Below are positions 10,961 to 24,109 of a stretch of 64,000 nt of DNA, piece after piece. How positions within the stretch are numbered: the stretch's first letter is position 1; each line of letters starts with the position of its first letter. The notes under the pieces were generated by a model. That model was not told where the DNA came from. It made no database searches and saw only the letters and a program-made list of their open reading frames with translations. The stretch lies in the NCBI GenBank assembly GCA_002269645.1, contig NIVC01001673.1:1-64000 (forward strand). The letters are read 5' to 3'. Source of the DNA: Macrostomum lignano (Eukaryota). The position numbers were made by a program, and so were the translations under genes.

Positions 10961-12741
10961 AGCTTCTACCGGCAGCTGGCAGGCAGGCATTAAATATTTA
11001 AAAGTGCTCGCGGCGCAGGCCAGCCGATATTTAAAAAATGGCAACCGCGAAATTTGAAGAAGCTGCATCGGCAGCAAAAAATGATTTCTTCGGCTCCATC
11101 GCGCCCTGACAGCCTGCAGGCCGAGGGCGGCGCGGAGTGATTGGCAGTTTTAATTGCAGCTATTTTAAAAAAATAAGAAAAAGGGGGCAGCCACGGCTGT
11201 GTTTGGATCTGCTGGCTGGGATGGAAAGAAAAATGAAAGAAATAAGGGGATGGGAAGTAGAGGAGAGGGCAGCGGGGAGGCCGCCGACCCTCACAGCCGC
11301 GGCAGAAAGTGGTTTTTAAACAGCATTTCTCTCGGCTGCCAAGGGGAGATATTGTACGGGCGGGCGGTTGCTATGCGGTTGCTATGCCCAGGAAGTGGGA
11401 ACAGATTCATCATTTGATTCGGGAATCGGACAGAAAAATTTCAAACCCGAGGGCACGGGGGTGACGCCACCTCGGTCAGCAGCAGCGCCATCAAGCCACC
11501 TTGCCATCCTGGGCCTCCGGTGCGCAGCTTCTCCGCTTCATCAGTCTCCCAGCCGCACGGGAGTCGGGACTTAAGGAACTTTTTTGCAGCGCATGGAGGT
11601 ATATAGTTAAACAAAAATTCAGTCGGCATCTGGGGAGGAGGCCGAATTGATGGCGGGCCTCTCAATCAAGTCCGCGGGTTTCGCTGTTTTTTGAAACCCG
11701 GCCGGCCCTGTCCGGATTCGGGGTTCGGCCGAATCAATCAGGCCTGATGGCTCCGAGCGGCTGGAGGAAAGTTTTCAGTTTTTAAGTCGAACTCAAAGCC
11801 ATCAATTACGAGCCGCCCGCGATGTATCCGAGTCCCAAAAACACGGCGGCTCGAACTCAAGGTGCTGTCCCAGATTTCAGATTCCCATCGCCGTGTTTTT
11901 CAATTCCCTACATTTCGGCCACAATGGGAGTTGAGAAAGGCAGATGGGGATGCGGGAGATCTCGGGGATCTCAGACCTTGGAATTCGCCCGGCGAATCAA
12001 TAATGCTTCGAGAGCTGTGGGCGGAGCGGACTCGAAGGTGGAGCGTGTGCTCAGGCTGAGGGGGGGTTTCTACTCGCAGACCCGAGGAGAGTTGAGCTGA
12101 TTTAAATTTGATTACAACTCAGCTCTGTTTGCTCATGTCTCTCAATAGCAAGATCGAGTGTTCTCAATTTTTGGCCCCAGTGTTTGCCGTGGGCCTGTCC
12201 ACACACAGAGTCTGAGGGGGGGGGGGGTGCGCTCCATCCGCGATCACCGAGAGCGATATCAAAGTTGCCGGAGCTCAAACAGCTTTCTGAGCTCTAATTA
12301 ACATCTTGGGCAGCGGTGCTGCATTAATCCACTTTAACTCATTTGTCAAAACGAGGGGGACAGGCGTACAAACAGGGCCTCATTCATATTGATTGTTATT
12401 GCAACAGTCCCAGCCAATATATGAAATCTGCTTCAACTGTTTGCTCAAGGTGAAAAGTCAACACGGAACGAGGGGGACGAAGTCCCGGTCCCGCTTGACT
12501 GACAGGAAATCTCCCGCTATCAAGCATCGAATTCGACTTGATTTTCTGCTTTAACGGGCCTTAAAGGCTGGCGTGCTCGGTCACTAAGCTTAATAAGAGG
12601 CTGCTCAGGCCTCGGGCTGGCAGCGGCTCGACTCTGGATGAGCTCGGGTTATTAATTAACTCAGAATTTATGTCCTGATGCTGAGAACTGATAGAGCGCT
12701 TCACGACTCATCTGTCTGTACAGAAATTTGTGTGGCTGTCT

Positions 12742-14135
12742 ATGGATTGCTAATCTATCACCCAGTGAATGCAGGAGTGTAATGGATTGCTAATCTATCC
12801 CCCAGTGAATGCAGGAGTGTAATGGATTGCTAATCTATCCCCCAGTGAATGCAGGAGTGTAATGGATTGCTAATCTATCCCTCAGTGAATGCAGGAGTGT
12901 AATGGATTGCTAATCTATCACCCAGTGAATGCAGGAGTGTAATGGATTGCTAATCTATCCCTCAGTGAATGCAGGAGTGTAATGGATTGCTAATCTATCC
13001 CCCAGTGAATGCAGGAGTGTAATGGATTGCTAATCTATCACTCAGTGAATGCAGGAGTGAAATGGATTGCTAATCTATCACCCAGTGAATGCAGGAGTGT
13101 AATGGATTGCTAATCTATCCCTCAGTGAATGCAGGAGTGTAATGGATTGCTAATCTATCCCTCAGTGAATGCAGGAGTGTAATGGATTGCTAATCTATCC
13201 CCCAGTGAATGCAGGAGTGTAATGGATTGCTAATCTATCCCCAGTGAATGCAGGAGTGTAATGGATTGCTAATCTATCCCTCAGTGAATGCAGGAGTGTA
13301 ATGGATTGCTAATCTATCCCCAGTGAATGCAGGAGTGTAATGGATTGCTAATCTATCCCCCAGTGAATGCAGGAGTGTAATGGATTGCTAATCTATCCCT
13401 CAGTGAATGCAGGAGTGTAATGGATTGCTAATCTATCCCTCAGTGAATGCAGGAGTGTAATGGATTGCTAATCTATCCCTCAGTGAATGCAGGAGTGTAA
13501 TGGATTGCTAATCTATCACCCAGTGAATGCAGGAGTGTAATGGATTGCTAATCTATCCCCCAGTGAATGCAGGAGTGTAATGGATTGCTAATCTATCACC
13601 CAGTGAATGCAGGAGTGTAATGGATTGCTAATCTATCCCCCAGTGAATGCAGGAGTGTAATGGATTGCTAATCTATCCCCCAGTGAATGCAGGAGTGTAA
13701 TGGATTGCTAATCTATCCCCCAGTGAATGCAGGAGTGTAATGGATTGCTAATCTATCCCTCAGTGAATGCAGGAGTGTAATGGATTGCTAATCTATCCCC
13801 CAGTGAATGCAGGAGTGTAATGGATTGCTAATCTATCCCCCAGTGAATGCAGGAGTGTAATGGATTGCTAATCTATCACCCAGTGAATGCAGGAGTGTAA
13901 TGGATTGCTAATCTATCCCCAGTGAATGCAGGAGTGTAATGGATTGCTAATCTATCCCTCAGTGAATGCAGGAGTGTAATGGATTGCTAATCTATCACCC
14001 AGTGAATGCAGGAGTGTAATGGATTGCTAATCTATCTCCCCAGTGAATGCAGGAGTGTAATGGATTGCTAATCTATCCCTCAGTGAATGCAGGAGTGTAA
14101 TGGATTGCTAATCTATCACCCAGTGAATGCAGGAG
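12742..14135. repeat. Minisatellite, 40-bp unit ATGGATTGCTAATCTATC(C/A)C(C/T)CAGTGAATGCAGGAGTGTA, ~35 copies
   Basis: Highly homogeneous tandem array with no spacers. Confidence 0.98.
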
Positions 14136-14802
14136 CAAAATGGACAGCCCAGCTCCACTGCAATTTTTTAACATTTGCTCCGCTAAAACTTTCCTAAAGC
14201 ACAGACGAAAGACATTTGTAAATCCAGCAATGCAAAAAAGCGCAAGAAACTTCTGCATTCGGCCCCTAAAATTGAAGAGGAGGCGGCACGGGCAGACGGG
14301 GAGCTGCATGGCGCCCGGCTCTGCTTATCCCAATCTGGGGCCGGGGGGACCCATCGCGAAGCCGAAGTTTTGCAAGCATTGCAAAGCCCGGCCAGGTAAG
14401 TTTGGGAGGCCGTTTTCGGGTTTGAAAAACAAATTCAACTGGCAAAGGAGGAGCGATAAGGTCGCTGAGGGGCGGCTCCTGCTGGGGAAGCCGCTTGCGG
14501 CTTATCGGGGTGGGGGAACAAGGGGGGCAGCGGCCCCGCTCAGCCATGGCGCGGAATTGATTAAAAACAATAAGCAAACAGGCCTGAGGCCGCGGCCATT
14601 AAGAGCTGCGGCGGATTCTGCAGCGGATTTTCTTGGAGGCTGCGGGGGCTGCTGCGGCTCTGCCTCCACATTTTTAAAATGGGAGCATTTTATACCGGAG
14701 GCTGGTGCGGCTGTTTATGAAGGCTGCGGATCTTTTTAAGTTTTTCTCCTGATAGCCGCTGTAGACCCGCGTCTCGGCCGCTCTGCGGTGCTTCTGGCTG
14801 CC

Positions 14803-15410
<608 letters not shown>

Positions 15411-16013
15411 GATGCATACGTTGGTGAACGCAATGATTAATTGAGTCATTCATGATTCTCGACCTGCAAGGCAACCTAAAATGTGCTACTGTTAGTAACA
15501 ACATTTCGCAACACAATAAAAACGCATATTGTCCTTCCACTTCCAAAGCCATTATTGATTCGAAGTGTCCAAATATTATTAATGAGGAAATGGGCAGCAG
15601 AGTTTCTTGCAGTGCATCTGGGCAGTGGGCAGTGCGTCTCGGCGCGGATGATGTCGTCTGCCAGCTGGAGTTGCCGACGGCGCAACAGATTGCTGGGACG
15701 GATCAGGCCGCGTGACGCGGGAGCTGTCTTTTGAAAGTGTGGCTGCAGTGTAGAATATTTTTGAGTGTTGCATGCAGTGGATGGAGAGACGGACTCTGCA
15801 AGTTTGCGGTAGTCAATCAATCACCATAGAAGCTTCCTTCCTCAGCTGGAGATACATATAGTAAAATTATAAGAGCCTTAGCACTCACCCAAATTCTGGC
15901 CATAGATTATAGCGTGTGGCTACAGGCCATGTTATTTTGAGCTTTTAGGCTAAGCTGAACTCAGCTAAGATTATCTCGGTAGGAGACAGAGTTCCACTAA
16001 CCAGGGTGGGGCC

Positions 16014-17897
16014 ATGTCGCACTCGATGCGCAGCTTCAGCAGCAACACCTCCAACGGCAACTCCACGCTGCGCCGGATGGGCGGGCCCTCCTGGCTGCGC
16101 GGCACGCCGTCCAGCAGGTCGTCCAGCGGCAGTCGGGACACCTTGGCCGCGGCGCAGCCTCCACCTCAGATGCAGCAGCAGCGAAAGTCCTTCAGACGCG
16201 CCTGGGAGGCTGAGCCCGACAGCTGGACGCAGTCAACTTCGGTCTATTCCCACCGGGCTGCGTCAATCAGCAGCCACCAGTCGGCCTTCGTCTTCCCCAC
16301 CTGGACGGTGGGCAACGCGGTGAGCGACAGCGCCAGCACGGCCTCGTGCGGAGGTGGCAGCCGGCGCCTGGACACCAACTCGAACTGCTCGCAGGCGCCC
16401 GAAGATCGGCGCACCAGGAATCCGGAGCTGGACGATCAGCGCAATTTGAGCTCCGGCGGAGGCGCCAGGTGGGCAGAAGACGGCAGGTATCCGCCGCAGA
16501 GCCGCTACCAGGACTCGCGAGCTGCCTACTCACAGGAAGAGGCGCCAAGATATGCAGACAACCAGCGCAGCGGGTACCCGGACAGTCAGCAGCACTCGCG
16601 AGCTCCCTATCAACATGAGCAGGAGCCAAAATGCGCAGACAACCAGCGTGGCAGGTATCCAGACAGCTGGCAGAGCCGCTTCCAGGACTCGCGGCCTCCC
16701 TACCCGCCGGAACAGGAGCCAAGGTGCGCAGACAACCAGCGCAGCGGGTACCCGGACAGTCGGCCCAGCCGCTTCCAGGACTCGCGAGCTCCTTACCGAC
16801 AGGAAGAGGAGCAAAGGTGCGCAGACAGGTACCCAGGTGGGGACCGGGCACCGGTCAGCCAGTATCCGACAGCAGCGCCACCCATGAATTGCCGTCCGCC
16901 AGCCGCTGCTGTCCAGCAGACACCGGTGAGGTCGACTCCAGTGCAGCCCGCGACGCAGCCTCCGCCACCTCCGCAGCCGCCGCCCCCACAACAGCCGCAG
17001 CCGCCGCCGCCGCCGCCGCCGCCGCCACAGCCGCAGCCGCAGCCACAGCAACCGCAGCCGCAGCCGCACATTCCGCCCGGTGTTCAGGGCAATCCGATGA
17101 TGATGCCCCAGATGCCGCAGATGCAGCAGCTGCCGGCTCAAGACCCTCAGCGGAATGGTCCAGCCCTTGCTGCGTCGGGCTACCCGCCTCAAAGCCAGCA
17201 CAGCCGGTTCGGCGCCTCCATGTTCGACGACCCGGTCGGCGAAGGTCAGGACGACGAGTTCGGGCCGCCGCCGCCAAACTTTAGCAACTTGGACTCCGCC
17301 TGGCCGAACATGTCCGGCGGACTGGAGAACTGGCCGGCCAACATGGACAGCGGCTGGGTGGACCCCGTGGCCAACTTTGCCAAGATTGTCCAGCAGGACC
17401 CCGTGAATGACAAGGACGAATGGGAGCTGCCTGAGAACTGGGGCGATCTGGACGTCCCACCAACTTATCCACAGAACATGATGCTGGACCCCGGCTTTGA
17501 AGGCAATGGCGGCTTCAGTTCCTTCAACAACTTCAATTCAGCCTTCATGGGTCGAGGCGGTGGTGTCGGCGGGGGCGGCGGCGGTGGAGGTCTCGACAGT
17601 GGCCTTGACAGCGGCCTCGACACCGGGCTCGATAGCGGCCTCGACAGCGGCCTCGGCAACGGTCTGGGTAACGGTCTCGGCAGCGGTCTCGGCAGCGGCC
17701 TCGGTAGAGACAGCCTTGGCGGCATTGGCGGCAGCAGTGGCAGCCTTCAAGACGACTCAATGGACTTTGAACTGGACGGCCTGAGCCCGGCGAGGCAGAA
17801 GTCCGGTGCGGATTTCGGCGGCGCAGGGTTCGGGGGCAACTGGTGCTCGGAGATGGGCAGCTTTCAGCAGCAGGGAAGGAACTTCGGATTCATTTAG
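16014..17897 (+). CDS. 627-aa intrinsically disordered orphan protein (R/Y/D/S repeats, P/Q tract, W-spaced acidic region, GLDS repeats)
   Basis: Uninterrupted 1884-nt GC-rich ORF; GGGGCCATG start preceded by CACTAACCAG acceptor (16004); no domain recognised. Confidence 0.75.
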   Translation: MSHSMRSFSSNTSNGNSTLRRMGGPSWLRGTPSSRSSSGSRDTLAAAQPPPQMQQQRKSFRRAWEAEPDSWTQSTSVYSHRAASISSHQSAFVFPTWTVGNAVSDSASTASCGGGSRRLDTNSNCSQAPEDRRTRNPELDDQRNLSSGGGARWAEDGRYPPQSRYQDSRAAYSQEEAPRYADNQRSGYPDSQQHSRAPYQHEQEPKCADNQRGRYPDSWQSRFQDSRPPYPPEQEPRCADNQRSGYPDSRPSRFQDSRAPYRQEEEQRCADRYPGGDRAPVSQYPTAAPPMNCRPPAAAVQQTPVRSTPVQPATQPPPPPQPPPPQQPQPPPPPPPPPQPQPQPQQPQPQPHIPPGVQGNPMMMPQMPQMQQLPAQDPQRNGPALAASGYPPQSQHSRFGASMFDDPVGEGQDDEFGPPPPNFSNLDSAWPNMSGGLENWPANMDSGWVDPVANFAKIVQQDPVNDKDEWELPENWGDLDVPPTYPQNMMLDPGFEGNGGFSSFNNFNSAFMGRGGGVGGGGGGGGLDSGLDSGLDTGLDSGLDSGLGNGLGNGLGSGLGSGLGRDSLGGIGGSSGSLQDDSMDFELDGLSPARQKSGADFGGAGFGGNWCSEMGSFQQQGRNFGFI

Positions 17898-19812
17898 CAG
17901 GCTTAGCAGTTGTGAGACAGGTCTGAAACGCCTCTTGCGTCATTTTCAATGCAAGGCAGCGCAAACCTGCGATTGTTTATTTATTTAGTAAAATACAAAA
18001 ACTTGGCATTATCTCCTTCGCTAAGAGCGCATGTACAATATTTTACAGAAAGCTTACTATTCAGTCTGTACTGCATTTTTGCCATTTTTAATGCGCATTT
18101 TTACAAACGTCAAACAAATACGCCTTGTCAACAGAAAAGCTGGTTAAATGTAGTTTCAAATATAAAGGTTTTTTAAAGTGTGAATCAAATTTTGCTATCA
18201 CTCGCTGCACTACGAACAAGACTCTTTGAATTTTCAGCAGTTCAGACCTTGGCCTGGTGAGAAGGCGCCCTGTAAAATCATCGATCATACTTGAATTCTG
18301 CTACCATTAATTTTTCACCAGAAAACAGGCTCTCAACTAATCACGAACGTATTTGTGCCGTACCCTATATGAGAGAAAATCTTTAACTTTTTACTCGCGA
18401 TTCACTCGACGGCTGCGACAGAAATGAAGATCGACTGTTGGTCGAAGCAAATTTGCCTGGCTGGAGAAAATACAAAAAATTAAGTCACAACCGAATATAA
18501 TTTATGTGATGAAATAACGTTCAAGGCAAACATTTTAACTGTTGACTTATAAGCTCTGTTCGCTTCTTTTCGTGTTTTTAGATCGTATTCTTAAGTTACT
18601 CTATTGCGAAATTAACACTCGATGGATTGAATTGAAAATAACGGATTTATTTTCTTGTCTTGCACATAGTTATTAGCATTTTGGCGATCTTTTGGCGACT
18701 TACTTACTTCTAGAAGTCAAGAATTTCATCTTGTTAGAGTATTTGACAGAAAGCTAACAGTCCACAGCTAATTGTGCAAACCAACTATGAATCACTCAAG
18801 TAGACAAGGGGCTAGGGCGAAACAATGAATTGAATATACCATGTAAATAACCAATGAAAGTGATTGTATTCCTTTTTCTCTCATGCAGGGTAGTCTTTTA
18901 CCCTACACTTTACTATAGAATACCTAGATAGATAAGATAGTAGATACCTGTGGTCTAGTCTAGCTTTTCGGTAATTCTTTTACTCTATCGAATAAAATAT
19001 TAATTGGCATGTTTTCATAAAAGGAAAATATAAAAGACAAGGACTCAAAGATCCAAAAATATTGCTATTAAGTAAATTTGAGAAACTTAATGCCACTAAA
19101 GATATCAACCCACGGCCACAACCCTTTCCCTTTGATTGACATCCACATGCTTTCACGTTTTAAAATTCAACTTTATTAGAAATATAACCGACGTACCTGT
19201 GCATTTGTAAAGCAATAATATATCGCCGGGTAGCTTATATTTGATCGATCAAAAGGTTGAGGCGAGTTAGCAGGGTCAGCCTAGGGATAGAACAGAACAG
19301 GGTGAGCTAGCTAGCTATCTTGCCTCGTGCGCTTTTACATTTAATAAACTTTTCATTGACATTATTGACACTTTAGGCCTGTAGGCCTATTGCCACTTGC
19401 CAGTCTGTTTTGTATAAGCCTTACTATCTTCTTATACTATAGGGCCTAATCTATGTAAAATTCAATCTATAGCATGACCCACATTGTCTCCTAGCCATAT
19501 TGTGATTTTAAATGTCATAGGCCTAATAAATTTATAAATAAAAAAAGTATAAATTTTTTTAATATTATAAATTTATAAATATAAATATAATTTGCCTTTG
19601 GTTGACTTTACTCAGTCTGAATTAAAAACATTTTTTTCATTTTTGCACATATTTCTTCTAAACTCTAAAAATGCTATGATGGCATGCAGGTAGGCAGAAA
19701 CATCTGAAGGCTTAATTCATGTAAACCTTTTATTTCTATTTGCAATATCCTAAAAAAGATTATGGACTAGTATACTTAATTAATTTTTTGATATCTATTG
19801 CTATAAAAATAT

Positions 19813-22459
19813 GGATCCTCGACACTTTGTCATCTTACAACTTCGTCATCTTACAACTTTGTCATCCACTTTGAAGGTAGGACATTTTGTCATCCAGCCA
19901 ATTGGCATGCTTTAAAGTTTGGTCAGTTCGTCATCTACTAATAACAAGCATTGTAGTCTGTAGTCATAGACTCAATTAAACAGATGCTTCTGCGTACATG
20001 TACAAGTATATATAAAAATGAGGCTGAAGTGAGACTGTCCCCTCCTCCTTTCTGATTCTGGACTTGGGACCAGACAATGGCAGAGTTATGACCACAAAGA
20101 TTGTCATCTCGTACGTATCTAGTATAGTACGTGTATATACATGTAGTATAACTCGTAAATAAGTAATATGTAAATATGTAATATATACTTGGCACAAAGA
20201 TTGAAGGCACAGAGACAAAGTCACAAAGAAGAAATTGGGCGCTAAAAGGAGGCAGAGGGAGAGGGAGTGAGAAAATGTCACTGCTTTTAACATGAAATTT
20301 AATTCGGCTTATTCGGCTTGCCCATCAAAATGGGGAATGTGGCCTAGGCAACTGCACCTGACTAAAAAGCTGCGCACAGAGAGCTCACTGGCTCGATATT
20401 TTGCCCAGTTAAGCTTTGCTAACTCCTGAAGCTGCTGATACTGCATTTTCTGATGGCGCTTGTTAGTAGCTTGCTTGCACACCAAGGCAGCGTATACTGG
20501 CACGTATATTTGTTCATTTGTATACATGACAAAGTGTCTCTTACCAGTCCTGTCCACTCGAACGTCATGAATGACCATTCCCTCTGGCACATGATCAAGA
20601 GCCAGATTGAACTGGAGGTTGTCCGGCGGATTTGGGCGCCCAGCCTCCCGTGTTTGGTTGGTCGTGCGGACCAGGTTGGCGATGCTGGGAACATCCGGAG
20701 CAAGGCGGAGTTCCAGATTCTCCTGCAGCCTTGTGAGGATGGAACAATTAAGGGCGAGTTGTTTTATATTTCACTTTACTGCTTATACTTTACTAAGTTT
20801 TATTACTGTTACTAATAGAGATAATGTTCATACTTGGCCTCAACGAGCGCGGCAGCCGGTCGAAAGCAAGCTTGCTTTGCCTCTGTCTTCAGCTCCACCA
20901 GCATCTTCCGCTTCATGCCCTCATGAATGTGTGGCTCGCAGGTGTGCGGCGATTGCCCACTGCAAAATTTGCCCTGGTGTTCAATGGCTGTGGCGCGGCA
21001 TTTGAACCTGGAATTGCGGCTAGTGCAACGGTAATTCTGCTTGCCATTTTTTTCATAGTTAAATCCCATCACAAAATCCCCCCTGTCTATACGATGCACC
21101 ACTGCATCTTTCCCTTTATTCATTCCACTGGCAATATAGAAGTAAGTCTCCTCCTGGAGACCCACAGGAAACTGCTGAGGTACTGGTCTTAACCGCTCGA
21201 GTTCGCTCTCTTGAAGCCTTTGTGGCTCCTGGAAGTGACCCACATCAGCAGCATACAGTTCAGCCAGGATCGGATCTACATCTGGCTCCACCGGTTGCTG
21301 CACTGCTGGTAGCTGGGCTGCAGCAGGCTCGGCGGGCTGGGCTGCAGCAGGTTCGGCGGGCTGGGCTGCAGCAGGCTCGGCGGGCTGGGTTGCAGCAGGT
21401 TTGGCGGGCTGGGCTGCAGCAGGTTCCGCAGGCTGGGCTGCAGCAGGCTCGGCAGGCTGGGCTGCAGCAGGCTGGGCTGCAGCAGGCTTGGTGGGCTGGG
21501 CTGCAGCAGGCTCGGCGGGCTGGGCTGCAGCAGGCTTGGCAGGCTGGGCTGCAGCAGGCTCGGCGGGCTGGGCTGCAGCAGGCTCGGCACCTCTATGGCA
21601 GGCGTTGCAACGCCAGTCGAATTCATCCAAGCGCATGAGCCATCAATACTCTGCCAAGGACACATTCGTTCCGCATGTCCTGTGTTGTCACTGGTGGCAT
21701 TGATCGCACTGAAGGGCTTGCTGGCGAGGTCGCACAAGGGCATTGCATTCAATGCAATTATCTGCCTGCATTTTCAGGTTTGATTGTTTGTGCTCATATG
21801 ATTTCATTCCGGTTGCTCTTATATACTAAATAACTAGTATAGGGTGCACTAAATAACTAAATAGGGTGCACGTCAGAGTGATGTATGGTTGAGGTGGGAT
21901 GGTGGGGCAGAGGTGTGAAAACTTGAAGGGTGCATGGGCTAAGATGGATTGAGGGAACAGGTGCCAACACGATAAGTGAGGGTGGGGTGGTGTATGGTTG
22001 AGGTGGGATGGTGGGGCTGGGGCAGAGGTGTGAAAACTTGAAGGGTGGGCTAAGATGGATTAAGGGAAGAGGTGCCAACATGAGATCTCATGAGCCTATT
22101 GCATGGGTGCACGTCGGATATGGAGGTGCTTTTGTGCTTGCTTAAGTGAGGGTGGGGTGGTGGGGCAGAGGTGTGAACACGCTTCACATTCTAAATTGTC
22201 AAAAAGAGGTGTCAAAACTGATTTCATTATAAGAGTTGAAAGATAAATGCCAACATGATGTCTCAAAATAACAAAATCATATGTACGTTGGGGGTGATGT
22301 GGGTGGGGAGGAGTGGTTCTGTTCTAACTTTGAAAACTTTTGTTTTATAGATGATGAAGTGTCCACAAGTCTAAGTCACTTCGTCATCCACCCTCTGAGA
22401 TATTAGACAGATCGTCATCTGGATGACAAAGTTGTAAGATGACGAAGTGTCCAGGTACC
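19813..22459 (-). mobile_element. MULE/Mutator-type DNA transposon, internally deleted, with PHD and FLYWCH coding remnant
   Basis: Perfect 9-bp TSD TAAAAATAT (19804-19812 and 22460-22468). TIRs GGATCCTCGACACTTTGTCATCTTACAAC... versus reverse complement GGTACCTGGACACTTCGTCATCTTACAAC... Spliced ORF 21771-20834 + 20729-20309. Confidence 0.9.
20309..21771 (-). pseudogene. PHD-FLYWCH-MULE transposase derivative lacking the DDE core; two in-frame TGA
   Basis: MQADNCIECNALVRPRQQALQCDQCHQ*QHRTC...Y*WLMRLDEFDWRCNAC (PHD); AAAQPAEP repeat linker; YRCTSRNSRFKCRATA...HTC (FLYWCH-like); 104-nt GT-AG intron 20833-20730; VPSIANLVRTTNQTR...RHFVMYTNEQI fused directly to a C-terminal helical tail. Confidence 0.75.
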
Positions 22460-24109
22460 TAAAAATATTATGGAATAGGAAAGCTTTTGATGTAGGCCTA
22501 ATTTAGCATGATCCTAACCATGTCTATAGTTTATTGCTTCAAGATATATTTGTATATTGAAAGCTTTTTTGGAAAATGATATATAGAATCATTTAAAAAA
22601 TAATATATAATACTAGGCAAAATCCAAAAATGTAGTGATAAAACAGTAGGCCTAAAACAAATCTGCAGACATTGAATGGAAGGTAATGTATCTAAAGAGC
22701 TTCTTAAAAGACAGATAAGTCTTTAGCATTGTTGAAAAATGAGTAAAAAACCACAAAAAAGCATTTTTAAAGTCTAAGTCCAAAATTCGCAATTTTTGTT
22801 TCATTAATAAACAAATAATTTTAAGACTTGTAGACCTTAGAGAAGGCTATTTTTTTTCACTACTTACAAAACAGAAAGTATTCTGTGTTTTACTTTTTAT
22901 TTTATTCAAAAAGATGAAAGATTTCTAAGGATTTCTAAGTTTTTTAAAAACCATATAAACTTGCAAAAATTCATATTAATTTAAAGTGCAAAGTTTGCTA
23001 GCAAACATCTTTCTCTAATTTAAGTAAATATACTGCTAATTCCTTGTTGCAAATAATCTTTAAGCTTTTTTCTTTCATTTAAAAATCAACTTGCATAGTA
23101 TTAATGTATGTAATATGCCAATATTAGGACTTAAAATTTTTGGGTAAAAAATGGTACCACAAAATGTGAACCTAGCATCCAAATGAAATGTTTCCTATAG
23201 GCTTATGAGGCAACAAAGAAGAATGAAATTACACTTAAATATGTATCATTGTGGTGTATATGTAGGAAAAAAAGAATTTTCCAAATTGCTTTATAGAAGC
23301 TAAGTAAAATGCAATTTTTAAATCTTTATAGAAATTTGTATGCTTAAATGATAAACTTACATAGAGTATAGTATATTTATTGCAAACAAACTACAAAATA
23401 CATGTTGTCAATATTAGTGAAAGTGATAAACAAATAAACCCTTAAAAAGAATGGTAAATATGTTGTAGCATTATAGAATGTAATATAAGATACTTAAAGT
23501 TAATAAATACATTATTAGAGCTTTTCTATCATTTTTATTATAGTCATTGTTACCATTTTAACAAATAATTTTAATAAAAATAAGGCTATATATGAATAAT
23601 TTGTGCTTTTATAGATGTTTCTAACTTTTAAAAACTCAAATAAACTTATAAGTTTTGTTTTTTGAAGATTGTATAATAAAAGTACAAGAAGGTAGTTCTC
23701 TAATGCAAATGTTAAAATTGGTGATATATGTATAAGAAATATGTCTTATAACTAATGATGATTTATTATGTGAATTATTAATATGAGATCATTTTATAAT
23801 AGTAAGGGTCTATAAAATTTTATTTTAGCAAACTGCTATTGGCATTGCAATAAAGCTAGTGTCAACTAGGATCTAGATAGTATAGGCCTAATAGTGCATG
23901 CATACCCATAGTGCAGAAAGATGTCTCTATACAACAAAATGTAAATTTAAATTTTGGCTTATTGTACAATAGTAAGACAGGTTTTGAAAAATGGTACTAC
24001 TGGTATATGTTAGGGTACAATCGGAATAATATGAGCATAAATAAAAATGCAATAAAAGTGAGCAAATATACCGCTGACCCTGCTAGTAAGTCAGGAATAG
24101 TCTGGTAGT

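Noticed and set aside
12742-14135. CRISPR-like array (40-bp palindromic repeat)
   Set aside because: No unique spacers, no cas genes, eukaryotic context; the same applies to all other arrays here.
14140-14739. 199-aa ORF, plus other short ORFs at 78-617, 11137-12100 and 63476-63772
   Set aside because: No recognisable domain, no coding-like codon bias, and no supporting splice structure.
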